DNA from: Basidiobolus meristosporus CBS 931.73
Lineage: Eukaryota; Fungi; Basidiobolomycota
Direction of reading: 5' to 3'
Length of the DNA: 64,000 nucleotides
Assembly: GCA_002104905.1 (NCBI GenBank)
Contig: MCFE01000146.1
Span: 90,558 to 154,557 of the forward strand
A model generated the notes under the pieces. The model saw nothing but the letters and a program-made list of their open reading frames with translations. It was not told the origin of the DNA and searched no databases. How positions within the stretch are numbered: the stretch's first letter is position 1; each line of letters begins with the position of its first letter. Both the position numbers and the translations under genes were made by a program. Positions 49,556-59,767 of this stretch are shown here, piece by piece.

Positions 49556-51523
49556 TCACTGCTCTTTCCAGGAGTCGTCGTTCTTCATCTCTTCTCTGCC
49601 CAAGTGAGTAATTCTTAGTGTTGTTTCCAGGATGAACTGGGTAACTGGGCTTTCTTGCTCCTTGGCCAGTGCTACGGCCAAACGTACCGCATTCTTTATT
49701 TGCCTGCCATTCAGAACGTGCTTTCCTAGTTCCGCATACTTCAAATCAGTGGCTATAGGTATGCTGACGCGTTGCAGCAAATTCTTCCAGACCTGAACGC
49801 GAGACTCAGTGGTCAATTGCTCGTAACGCAAGGCAACAGTTACTCGACTCTCAAAGGCAGGATCGAATGCACGCACTCGGTTGGTGGTGAGAAACAGAAT
49901 ACCAGGGTGGTATTCTAAAAGACGCAGCATCACGCACACCATGGCGTTCCTCATGATATCAGCCGTACTGCGCTGCTCCAAGAAAACGTCTGCTTCATCC
50001 AGGAGCGCCAGCGCATTCCATCCGGCACACAAGTCCAGCACGTCGCTGAGTCTCCGTTCCATTTCATCAGGGTTCAGGCCCAATTCCCCCATGGTCACGT
50101 AGTAGAGCGGGCGATGAAGCACCTCAGCTATAGCCTCAGCAGTCAGGGTTTTGCCAACCCCTGGAGGCCCATGAAGCAAAAATACACTGCCGCCACGTTT
50201 GCCACCAATAATGTCGTCAGTATCATTGTCACCGCCATAGCGCACCAGAGCTCGGATGAGTTGTTTTCGGTCCTCGGCTAGGACAAGCTGATCAAAAGCT
50301 CTATCATGGAACTGGATAGGTTCCAAACCAGAAATCAGTACATGTCCCCACGCCTTAGCCGAAAAGCTGAACCCTACTACAGCAGGCCAGCAGAAGATCT
50401 TCAGTTCATCGGGAACGGTGTCCCAGAGTGTCAGAGTCTCTGTGCTGGAGCCACCAGTCGACTGCGAGGTATTTTTCCAGCGTCTGTAACGTCCTGCGAG
50501 CTGAGTCATGGCCTGTGTAGGCTCGTCCATCCCTTGTGATGCGTGATGTCCCAAGAGTGCTCCGCGGGCTGGATCGATCATAATTCGGCCCCCTTTGGGG
50601 AGTTGACTGCTCCCAGACCTAGACAGGGAGGCTCCACTTGAAGATGCCGGGGGATTGTGTATAAAGAAGGTGTGGGGCGAGTAAGCAACGAAATGTGGCC
50701 CACCCACACCAAATTGAACATATTTTTCGCCTCGTTTCTGAAGAGTATCTCGGTCTGCCGGATCCAATGGTACATACGATAATTCAGAGAGTGGCCGTGC
50801 TCGCACACCAGTCCAGCTGCTCAGTACTTCACTGAACGTGGCCACGGTGAAGTGCTCTCCCATGGTGACTACAAACTCCATGGTCCAATGGAAGCTCCTT
50901 TCCATGCCGAGCAAGGAGCGACGTTCCTCGTAGTAGTACTCAGTGATCATAAATATGCCAGGTGTGCCTCCCAGACCAATGACGCCCTTAACCGGCGTTT
51001 CAGGGTGGAACAACTCGCTCAAACCATCAAAGGTAATGAGCCCACTTTTAATCAGCTGTTGGGCGTTTTGAATCTCCTCGGCAAAAACTTCCTCGATCTT
51101 GTCAATAAGCTCTTGCAAGCCAAGAATCAATATTGGCTCGTTTGCATCGGCGACTTGGTAGCCAAAACCAGACAACTGATCCAGTGTTCTTTGTCTCCAG
51201 TATTGTAGGAACGCGGGAGTGGACTTGGCTACGCCTTCATTATACTTACTTACGGAATGGCAGAGACAACGAAGGCGCCCTAATATCATATACAGCTTCT
51301 CGGCGGGAAAACTATATTGATGAGGTGATGAAAGATACCGGCTGACAACGACTTTCAGTGGAACAGTCCCATCTTTGCAGACACGCAGTTGAAAGATTGT
51401 GTCCTCAGGAGTGGTGCCGGTGGTGCTAAATGGTTGAAGTAGCTCATCACTGGTGAGTAATAAGGCTGGGTCTGCAGTAACTGGGCAAGGTGGGGGAGGG
51501 GGAGGGGGGGTAGGAATTACCAT
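49556..51523 (-). CDS. Fungal AAA+ ATPase (single C-terminal AAA domain), 655 aa
   Basis: Walker A GPPGVGKT, Walker B LLDEADVFL, sensor/Arg finger LTTNRVRAFDPAFESRV; N-terminal polyproline; intronless. Confidence 0.95.
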   Translation of the reverse strand: MVIPTPPPPPPPCPVTADPALLLTSDELLQPFSTTGTTPEDTIFQLRVCKDGTVPLKVVVSRYLSSPHQYSFPAEKLYMILGRLRCLCHSVSKYNEGVAKSTPAFLQYWRQRTLDQLSGFGYQVADANEPILILGLQELIDKIEEVFAEEIQNAQQLIKSGLITFDGLSELFHPETPVKGVIGLGGTPGIFMITEYYYEERRSLLGMERSFHWTMEFVVTMGEHFTVATFSEVLSSWTGVRARPLSELSYVPLDPADRDTLQKRGEKYVQFGVGGPHFVAYSPHTFFIHNPPASSSGASLSRSGSSQLPKGGRIMIDPARGALLGHHASQGMDEPTQAMTQLAGRYRRWKNTSQSTGGSSTETLTLWDTVPDELKIFCWPAVVGFSFSAKAWGHVLISGLEPIQFHDRAFDQLVLAEDRKQLIRALVRYGGDNDTDDIIGGKRGGSVFLLHGPPGVGKTLTAEAIAEVLHRPLYYVTMGELGLNPDEMERRLSDVLDLCAGWNALALLDEADVFLEQRSTADIMRNAMVCVMLRLLEYHPGILFLTTNRVRAFDPAFESRVTVALRYEQLTTESRVQVWKNLLQRVSIPIATDLKYAELGKHVLNGRQIKNAVRLAVALAKEQESPVTQFILETTLRITHLGREEMKNDDSWKEQ

Positions 51524-52129
51524 TTTGGCAGTTAATATACGCTATCGAATGATTGCAATTGAGAGATTTCTGGTTTGTTTTTATAGCGTTGAATCACTAT
51601 GATTGGGGGTTGGGCGTATTGAACAATGAGGCATAGCGGTTATATATTTATATTTAAATCCAAATGCCAAGCTGGTGGAATGTCTCTAGATCAAGCGATT
51701 TTCCCAACTGGCTTGCGCCAAGAGTATACAATTCTCAGGCTCCAGTAGTGGTAGCTCATCAAATAGGAAAGTGCCAAGAATACTAGTCGATTTATATCAT
51801 CAGACTGATACACCCGGCCCAATTTATTAACACAAAAATCAGCTCAAGCTGAAATAACAATCGTCAATATTCCAAAGATCATTAGTTATCTTATATATTT
51901 ATCACACATTTGAAACATTCTTGGCCAGCATCTTTTTGTGTGCTAAACTAAATGTATGAAATAGAAGTCATGGACATGCACTACCATTGCAATACATGAT
52001 ATAATTGCTTGAATTGCAATATAGAATATAGGTATTTTAGCAAAGTTCAAACACATCAGAAAATCTTAGGAATTATTTATAAAAATACCATTTTGCAAGT
52101 GGGCTCTCTAAAGACAGAATTGAATATTG

Positions 52130-52231
52130 GTTACAGGGGAGACAGTCACCAACAGGTGAAATCTGTATTTCAGTTGAGACATAGAAGCCAGCACTACTGT
52201 TGCAGCTTTGATACAAGAGTGTGTAGCTGGG
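52130..52231 (-). mobile_element. About 100-bp 5'-truncated 3' tail of the LINE-like element
   Basis: gagaca.tcacca.caggtgaaatct...agaagccagc.ctactgttg.agctttgatacaa.agtgtgtagctg is nearly the same as 54944-55035. Confidence 0.75.
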
Positions 52232-52728
52232 TTAGGGGGGATGATAATTACCAAAGGGTGAAGTCTTAATTTAAATCATAAATCAAGAAGCCAAGTTTGA
52301 ATATGAATATCTGAGATGCAGTAAGCCTACAATATGAACTTGGACTTTGCTGTATCCCAAATATCCTCAATATCAAAGTCTAGCAGAGAATGTTGCAAGA
52401 CTGCTTGTTCACTGTAGTATTTCTTGAGGAAGTTTGTGACTTGAAGGGAAGGAGAGTTTTTCAACAAGCTGGTAAACCTTTTGAGGAGTTCTTTTTCCAG
52501 AGAGAATGGTACAAAGAGTGAAATGTCTAAATGATGCCTGAGTACATGCACTGTGAGTTCCCAATCCAGCATATTTTGAATTTTTCTGTAAAATCTTCAA
52601 CAATATCTTTATCAAGAATAACTTCCAAGAGATCCCTAGCAATGTACTGAATGCTAACAATCTTAGGCATATGAATGCTTAGGTCCTTGAGGTGTTTCTT
52701 TGCTCTGATATTGGGAGATAGCCAGCAT
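52232..52728 (-). mobile_element. TTAGGG-joined unit carrying a frameshifted copy of unknown ORF U
   Basis: TTAGGG at 52232, then a diverged tail. Protein IQYIARDLLEVILDKDIVEDF...SLEKELLKRFTSLLKNSPS...WDTA is homologous to 62898-63218. Confidence 0.7.
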
Positions 52729-52876
52729 TTAGGGGAGGGAAATTCACCAAGTTGATGAAATCTTTATTTGAGTCAAGAACTAATCTAAGTACAAATAAAG
52801 AAGCCCATTAAGAAGTCTAGAACCTCTCTAATAAGTAATCTAAATTATGTTTTGTTTCATCTCTAATGTTTGTTTC
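52729..52876 (-). mobile_element. TTAGGG-joined 3' tail unit, cut by a Copia insertion
   Basis: TTAGGG at 52729, then gagggaaattcaccaag...tgaaatctttatttga...tacaaataaagaagcc, matching 62622-62697. Confidence 0.7.
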
Positions 52877-54559
52877 TGTTGTAAAAATTTGTACTTCCAC
52901 CTAAATATTCACCTAACTTAGTCACTTAGATCATTACCTTCAAATCCTAGAGAATACTGACCAAATTCCTTGTTGGGATTTACTTGGAATATTTTCACCA
53001 AAATACCAGGTACCCAGAACATAAAATTCTCAAAGTTGTCCAAACAGCCCCAAACTTTGCACACATATTCTTGAGACTGTCCTTAACCTATATCACATGC
53101 TTGTAATGCCAGGACCATGTAAAAGTATAAATACCACTTTTACATTCAATAAATCATTGAGTGAAAACCACATAATCTACTTGTTCTCTCAATCACATCC
53201 AATACCCCCAAGACTCTTACAACAAGTTATGAGCCCCAAGCTGTCATGCTTTGCAAAGCTATAACTGCTATTACTGGAATTTTTCCCTTTGCTGAAAAGT
53301 TGGATGGATCTAACTACTCTGTGTGGAAGGTGAAGATGAAGATGCTGCTACAAGAAAGAGGCCTTTGGGGTATTGTCATGGGAGAGGAATGCCCTCCTAA
53401 AAATGTGTGAGCAGAAGCCTCAAAGTACCAGAAGAAAGAACAAAGTGCCTTAAACTGCCTTTGCCTTAATGTTAAGGACAAATTGCTAATTCAATGCTCA
53501 AGAGCAAAAACGGCAAAGAATGCCTGGAAGGCATTAGAAGACATGTACCAGTCATGTTCAGCTGCTAGGAAAATGTATCTGAGACAAAAATCTTTACTAC
53601 AAAGATGCTGCTAGAAGAAGAAATGAAAAATCTAATTAACAGAATTACCCTGCTGGTAGATGAAATGGAATCTGTGGGTGTACCAGCTACTGAGGAGGAT
53701 GTGCTAGTTACCATCCTGAATAGCCTGACAGACATGTTTCAGAGCCTTGTATCAGTCCTACAGTCCAGAACTGAAGATTTGACCTTAAAATATGCACATG
53801 GAAGGCTCCTGGAGGAAGAATTAAGAAAATCAAGCGCCAATAAGAAGGAAGAAGAAGATGCTTTAATAAGCAATGATAACCTACAAAGGAAGTACCCAAG
53901 ACCCTACAAAGACAACAGCATCCTGTTTTGCAACTACTGCAAAAGGAAAGGACACACATCAGACCAGTGCTTCAAAAAGAAAGATAGTCAGCAGAAAAAG
54001 CCTGAATATGGAAATGCTCCAACAACTGATGATAGACTATTCATATCTGCACTAAACATGACCACAAGCAAGGATTCTCAGACGTGGTATATTGACTCTG
54101 GAGCATCTTGAAACTTTACACACCAAAAAGAACTTGTACCCAATATCAAGAAATACCAATCAAGAAGGTTTTCATGGGTGACAATACAACACTTGATGCA
54201 GTGGGAGAAGGAACTATCCAAGTAAGCCTAAGAAGCAGTGAGGGTAGCCATACACTGACCTTTGAAGAAGTATTCTATGTACCAGAAATAGCCAAGAACC
54301 TACTATCTGTAAGCAAGGCCACTGCAAAAGGACTCAGTTTCAGCTTTGACAATTCTGGATGCAAGATCACTGATAAAAATGGTGCTCATATTGCTTTGGG
54401 TATCAGAGATCAGAGCCTATGCAAGCTGACTTATACTCCATCATATTTGGAAGCCAATATAAGTAACTTAAATGAAGAAACACCAATGTATTGGCACAGG
54501 GTATTTGGGCACATCAAGTTTGATTATATGCGCAAAATGATCAAAGATCAGCTAATTTC
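52877..54559 (+). mobile_element. 3'-truncated Copia copy (5' LTR 52877-53224, PBS, gag, protease, GAG-pre-integrase)
   Basis: Colinear with the other copies; CNYCKRKGHTSDQC knuckle, WYIDSGAS, MYWHRVFGHI. Homology ends at GATCAGCTAATTTC. Confidence 0.93.
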
Positions 54560-54933
54560 TTGTTGGTTGTGCTTTACGTGTTGATAGAAGTGAAGGCTCC
54601 AACGTTCAACTAAAAACTCAACATTAGATGCGTTTTTGCAGGGTATGTGTATTACTAGCATCCATTTGTGTTCATACAATGTGTTATACGTTAGTTGCGC
54701 TACATTTAATCCAGTAGAGAAATAAACCGGTAATATTAAGCAACATATATGCTATACATTATCCAAAATGTACCGTTTCAATACTCTTGGTGCGTTGGGG
54801 GGGGTAGCAATTTGGGGCTTCAGAGTTACTAGTAACATGGAGCCAGAAGCGAGCTCTCCAAGATATTTTGAGAAATGAGCACTGATCATTAATGTTGGAA
54901 GCAGAATGGGTACAATCTAGTGCTGATTAGAAC

Positions 54934-56270
54934 TTAGGGGGGGGGAGACAATCACCATCAGGTGAAATCTTTATTTTGGTTGAAACAAAGAAGCCAGCGC
55001 TACTGTTGTAGCTTTGATACAACAGTGTGTAGCTGAGGGGAGTTTGTAGGTAAGTTAATAAAAAGTGATGATAGTTCTTCAGTGTTCAAGACACTGTTCA
55101 GTGGGAAGGGGGGTTACATGAGGGGTAAGAATGATTTGTGAACAACATTAATGATGGGAATATGATAAGGATTGATATTCATCATGAAGGGAGTGTGCTG
55201 CTGCAGATATTGCTGCCAAAGGTCTGTCAAGTTCTTCAGGTAGGCCAGCTTGGGTTTTTCTGACTGCAGAATATATTGAGTAAACTTCTTGACTTCAGGA
55301 TCTACAAGTATAGTTCTCCATCAGGAGCCAGGTGTAGTGTGGTGTGTTCTCCTCCAGGCCTTGATTAGTGGGTTGTTGCAGTGGTGAAGTCTGAGATATA
55401 ATCTGGCTCTAAGGTAGAGAAGTCTGATCTTATAGGGCATAAACCCAAAAGCACCAAGAATAGCATGTCTGTAGGGGCATTCAGGTAGATGAGGCATCAG
55501 GAAGGTAATGCACCAGACTGCAAATTTGTCAAGCTTAGTGCAGTCTCTAGAAGTAAGAGAGAGAAGTAGTAAGCCAAATTCCAGGACAGGGAAGACAAAC
55601 TGCTTGAGTAGAAGAAGGCAGCTGGGAGCTGAAGTTGTAGGAGGAGTTGTAGCCGGTAGCTTGTGGAGTGCCTGTTGTATCCAAGAGAAAGTGTGATAAA
55701 ACTCTTGAATGGTTTAACTGAACCAAAGGGACAATTAAGTGCAGAATCTTAGAGTTGTCACAGAGTGGCAGAAATATTAGCAGAAAGATTCTGATCTAAT
55801 ATTGGTCTTGGATATAGCTGGGTTGGCTATAAAGACAATGATATTTGTTTGCTAGGCAGGCTAGGCTTGGTGTTCTTTGGAGTGCTAGATATACTAGGCT
55901 TGGATAGAAACTAGAACTGAATTGTTGGATTTTTATTTTTGCTGAGACAGAATCTTGATTTTGTTGAGACACACACTAAACCAAAAGGTTCAGTAAACTT
56001 TATTTATACTTTTCTGATCAAGTTGAATTAGTAAGCACCAAGGGACTGGATTGATTGAAATCAATTTGGGTGTTCATAGGTGCATAAGATAAATGAATAT
56101 TACATCATCAATCAACTGATGTCTTGGCAACTGCACAGTGGTTGGATAGATCTCAGATGACTAATCACCTGGGAAGGCTTGGCAGATAGGTTGATAATGT
56201 AATGACCATTTGAAAATAGATCAGGTGTCATAGCTAAAAATAGATTCTGAGGTGGGATAAAATAAACTGT
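54934..56270 (-). mobile_element. 5'-truncated, decayed non-LTR (LINE-like) retrotransposon with its 3' end joined at TTAGGG
   Basis: Minus-strand translation at about 55640-55200, LLLLKQFVFPVLEFGLLLLSLTSRDCTKLDKF...GFMPYKIRLLYLRARLYLRL, fits the post-RT thumb region of non-LTR RTs. Possible IDDVIFI near 56105 (weak). 3' end AATAAA-stem-loop-C-run-CTAA. GGGTTAGGG follows the 5' end at about 56275. Confidence 0.6.
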
Positions 56271-56879
56271 AACTGGGTTAGGGTGTAGGTGTTATAGTAA
56301 GGGCTAGGAAAAGGTTAGAAGAGCAGGGGGTCTGGGGGATGCAGTACCCTAGAGAATAAAAAAGCAGGGGGTTTGGGGGATGCAATCCCCCATACTGCTC
56401 CCATACTCTTTAAATTCCTGTTGGATTACTTTTCTCTCATTCTTGGTTCTGGTCCCTTAGGGTTAGAATGCCTCCACCTAACCCTTATCACCCTAACCAT
56501 AAATATTTATACCCTACAATTGGCACATTGTCTGCTCATATAGTGGGCATGTCTGGGCCAATATTTGTCTCCCTATACTGTCCATATGCTCTGTATAAGT
56601 CTTGATGACTATTTAATTAATAAATTGTTACTTTTAATGTATATCTAATAATTAATGGGATTCATCCCAATCTGGCCACAATCCCATATTTTGATAAGCT
56701 TTGGGCACCATAAATTGCGCAGCCCTAATATGATAAAAAAATTCATGGCCAATACAAATTTTCTGTAACCCAATTGCTTTTACCAAATATAAAGTGTATC
56801 CCAATGCTCAATATATATTATGGCTATAATAGAAACTTTATTTGACTCCATCGCAACTACTACTTATGTTCTATGCGCA

Positions 56880-57700
56880 CATGTATCCCGCGGGAATTGT
56901 AAAACTTAGCCACATGGTACAAAAGTGCTTAAATTTTACATCATGATAGTTTTACATGAGTTTCTAACGCACTTTGAAAGTACGCAGTAGCTATACCCCA
57001 ACAGGTTTTAAGGATGTCCACTTGCTACATCTACTTGTGTCTAGCGGGAGCCATCAATCATCAGCCGCGCAATACTGAAATGCTTTTATTTTTCATGATG
57101 CTAGTTTTGTATGAGTCCCTAATGCACTTTCATAGTGCACGGTAACCATACCCCAACAGGTTTTAAGGATACCCACTTGCTATGTTTACTTGTGTCTAGC
57201 GGGAGTTATCAATCATCAGCCATGCGGTAATAAAGTGCTTTTATTTTTCATCATGATAGTTTTACATGAGTCCTTAACGCACTTGTATAGTGCGTGGTAA
57301 CCATACCCCAACAGGTTTTAAGGATACCCACTTGCTACGTTTACTTGTGTCTAGCGGGAGTTATCAATCATCAGCCGCGCGGTAATAAAGTGCTTTTATT
57401 TTTCATCATGATAGTTTTACATGAGTCCTTAACGCACTTTCATAGTGCGTGGTAACCATACCCCAACAGGTTTTAAGGATACCCACTTGCTATGTTTACT
57501 TGTGTCTAGCGGGAGTTATCAATCATCAGCCACGCGGTAATAAAGTGCTTTTATTTTTCATCATGATAGTTTTACATGAGTCCCTAACGCACTTTTATAG
57601 TGCGCGGTAACCATACCCCCAGAAAGTAGTGTGGATGCTTACTTTAAACGCTCACTTGTGTATTGTACGGACTATCAACAAACAGCCGCGTGGGAATGGA
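56880..57700. repeat. 155-bp tandem repeat (about 5 copies)
   Basis: Units start at 56941, 57096, 57251, 57406 and 57561 (TCATGATAGTTTTACATGAG...). The inner copies are near-identical; the outer copies diverge. Confidence 0.95.
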
Positions 57701-58078
57701 ACATCATTGAAAAGCATTGCTTTGTTGTTAGCAAGTATTGATGCCCAAATAGTGGTAGTATGTGAATTATTGAGTAACTATTTACTCTAGTTGGTTCCAA
57801 GATATTCGTAGACAATATGCTCAAAATCAATATTAGCATCAATAGCTTGCTCTTTGATCACTAAACCACCGCATCCAATATGCAGTGGCCTTGGTTTTGT
57901 CTAGCTGTCAAGAAATGAAACCAGAGTACAGTCACAAGAGAGGCAAAAGTGAAATGTGATGAAGTAAGTGTATATGAAAGTAATATAAATCTACAGGACA
58001 GAAGAGAACAACTAGTAGTTAAACAGCACTCACTGACACTCCACCAAGTAGAGCACCAACACGGACAATAAACAAGTC

Positions 58079-58540
58079 ATGAGGGGAAAGCTTAAGGACC
58101 GCTACTTGGGGATCAAGACCAAAAGAGGAAGCTGCCTCTACCATAGCAGTCCTCGTGCTCCAAAGGAAGACCAAGAGTCTATTATAGACAAAGATTGCGG
58201 CAAGAAGAGCAGTACAATTACCAGTTCTGGTAGTGGTACCTTTGGAAGTCCCAAATACCTGGAGAATACTCGGAAAAAATTGGCAGATGACTCAGTTGTC
58301 CTGAGGAGAAAACAAACTAATGCGATTGAGCAGTTCCGAAACAAACTTCAGCTTAGTTCTTCTTTGCCTCACTATAAAGTACTCCAAGTGGCTTATTTGG
58401 ATTATAAGCGTATGAAGGAGAATCAGGCAGAGACTCATAAATTAAGTGACAGTCAATTGCATCACTTCTTAGATCAGGTAGAGGAACAGTCGCACAGCCA
58501 AGAGACGGAACAAGAATTGACAATTACAGAAACCAAATAA
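58079..58540 (+). CDS. Hypothetical basic/charged protein (153 aa)
   Basis: Uninterrupted ATG-initiated ORF followed by AT-rich AATAAA-containing sequence; no recognised motif. Confidence 0.45.
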   Translation: MRGKLKDRYLGIKTKRGSCLYHSSPRAPKEDQESIIDKDCGKKSSTITSSGSGTFGSPKYLENTRKKLADDSVVLRRKQTNAIEQFRNKLQLSSSLPHYKVLQVAYLDYKRMKENQAETHKLSDSQLHHFLDQVEEQSHSQETEQELTITETK

Positions 58541-58772
58541 TTTTGCCAATGCAGTTTTGCATTTTAATAAAATAGAAGGGTGTTAATAAGAACAGAATAA
58601 AGTTAACTTATGTGTACATCAAATGATTCAAATACTGGCTAGATGGATGTTATGTAGGAGCAAGAAGCTCAGTAACCTCAAAGGAAAGATATGATGAATG
58701 GGCCACCGACATCATCCAAATGAGTATAAAAGTGGAGAAAGTAGACATAATCCTTCATAAAAAACAAGAAGC

Positions 58773-59576
58773 ATGGAAGCAGGCAGTAGCCGGGTAGATG
58801 CCAGGAGTGAAGGTAGAGTACAAAGAGAGCAAGGAAGGGGACAAGGACGCGGAAGAGGACGCGGAACCGGGCGCGGAAGAGGAAGAGGGCAAGGAAGAGG
58901 AAGAGGGCAAGGAAGTGGCCAAATCCAAGAGGAGCATGAAGGAGGTGTTGCAGCAAACGTGGATGATGCTGAGCAAGTTGCTGTAGTCACTACCAGGTGG
59001 CCGGTCAACCAAGTTTCCCAAGCATTGTCAGAGGTTTGACAAGAGCTTCCGGAATATAGGACAACATCGCACCATGAGATATTGCAACATATGTGCCAGG
59101 AGATTAAACAGAGGAGGGGTGATATTGTAAAGCTAAATTGGGATATTGCTGGACTTCAAGCCCAGATTGATTTCAGTTTCCACCATTCTACTGAGGCATT
59201 AGTGGCACAAATGGTGGAAAAGTTTGCCCGCATCAGGGCAAGCGATGAGCAGGGTGCATCTTCCGACCCAGGTGTACTTGCAAGCAACAGTATTGGAGGG
59301 GATACTACTTCCTCCCTCAAACCTACCACAAGCCAAGAGACAAGAGCAGAATCCTCCACAACAATGAGAATGGCCCCCATGCAGGTTGATATGGAAGTGT
59401 GCAAAGAAGATGTGGAGAAGCAGAGTGGGGATACTATAGGCCAACCAGAAACTGTAATGGAGGCGGAGAGACCAAGTCATATTGTCATCTTAAAAATACC
59501 ACAGGTTGATTCATTGCTATCACTTCCCCCATCATCACTATCTGTGCCCCCATCACCACCGCCATCCTCTGGCTAA
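58773..59576 (+). pseudogene. RG-rich plus coiled-coil-like hypothetical protein with one in-frame TGA
   Basis: ORFs 58773-59039 and 59082-59576 share one frame and are separated only by TGA at 59037. GRGQGRGRGRGTGRGRGRG tract. Confidence 0.5.
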
Positions 59577-59767
59577 CTTGAGTAAATAAAGAATTTCCAC
59601 CATCCCAAATCAATGAATTGACAAGTAATAAGTTGAACTGATAAGATTGATGATTTACAGACTAATATATGTAAAGTATGTAGTACTTAAGAGCTTTCAA
59701 GTTGTGGTGTATTATCAAGTATTCACCGTCACATAAATCACGCAACAGTTGTTGTATCCCTATCCCA

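Noticed and set aside
45574-51523. Horizontal transfer or a secondary-metabolite cluster suggested by intronless ligase and ATPase genes
   Set aside because: The ligase has a eukaryotic PTS1 and both proteins look like ordinary fungal family members. No PKS, NRPS or tailoring genes are nearby.
56880-57700. CRISPR array or tandem 5S rRNA genes
   Set aside because: The whole 155-bp unit repeats, with no unique spacers, and the context is eukaryotic. Only a short CCATACC resembles 5S; the rest of the 5S sequence and its internal control region are absent.
58678-59021. Minus-strand ORFs with PLPCPLP or FLALFL repeats
   Set aside because: They are alternative frames of the purine-rich GRGRG/EEEG tract on the + strand.
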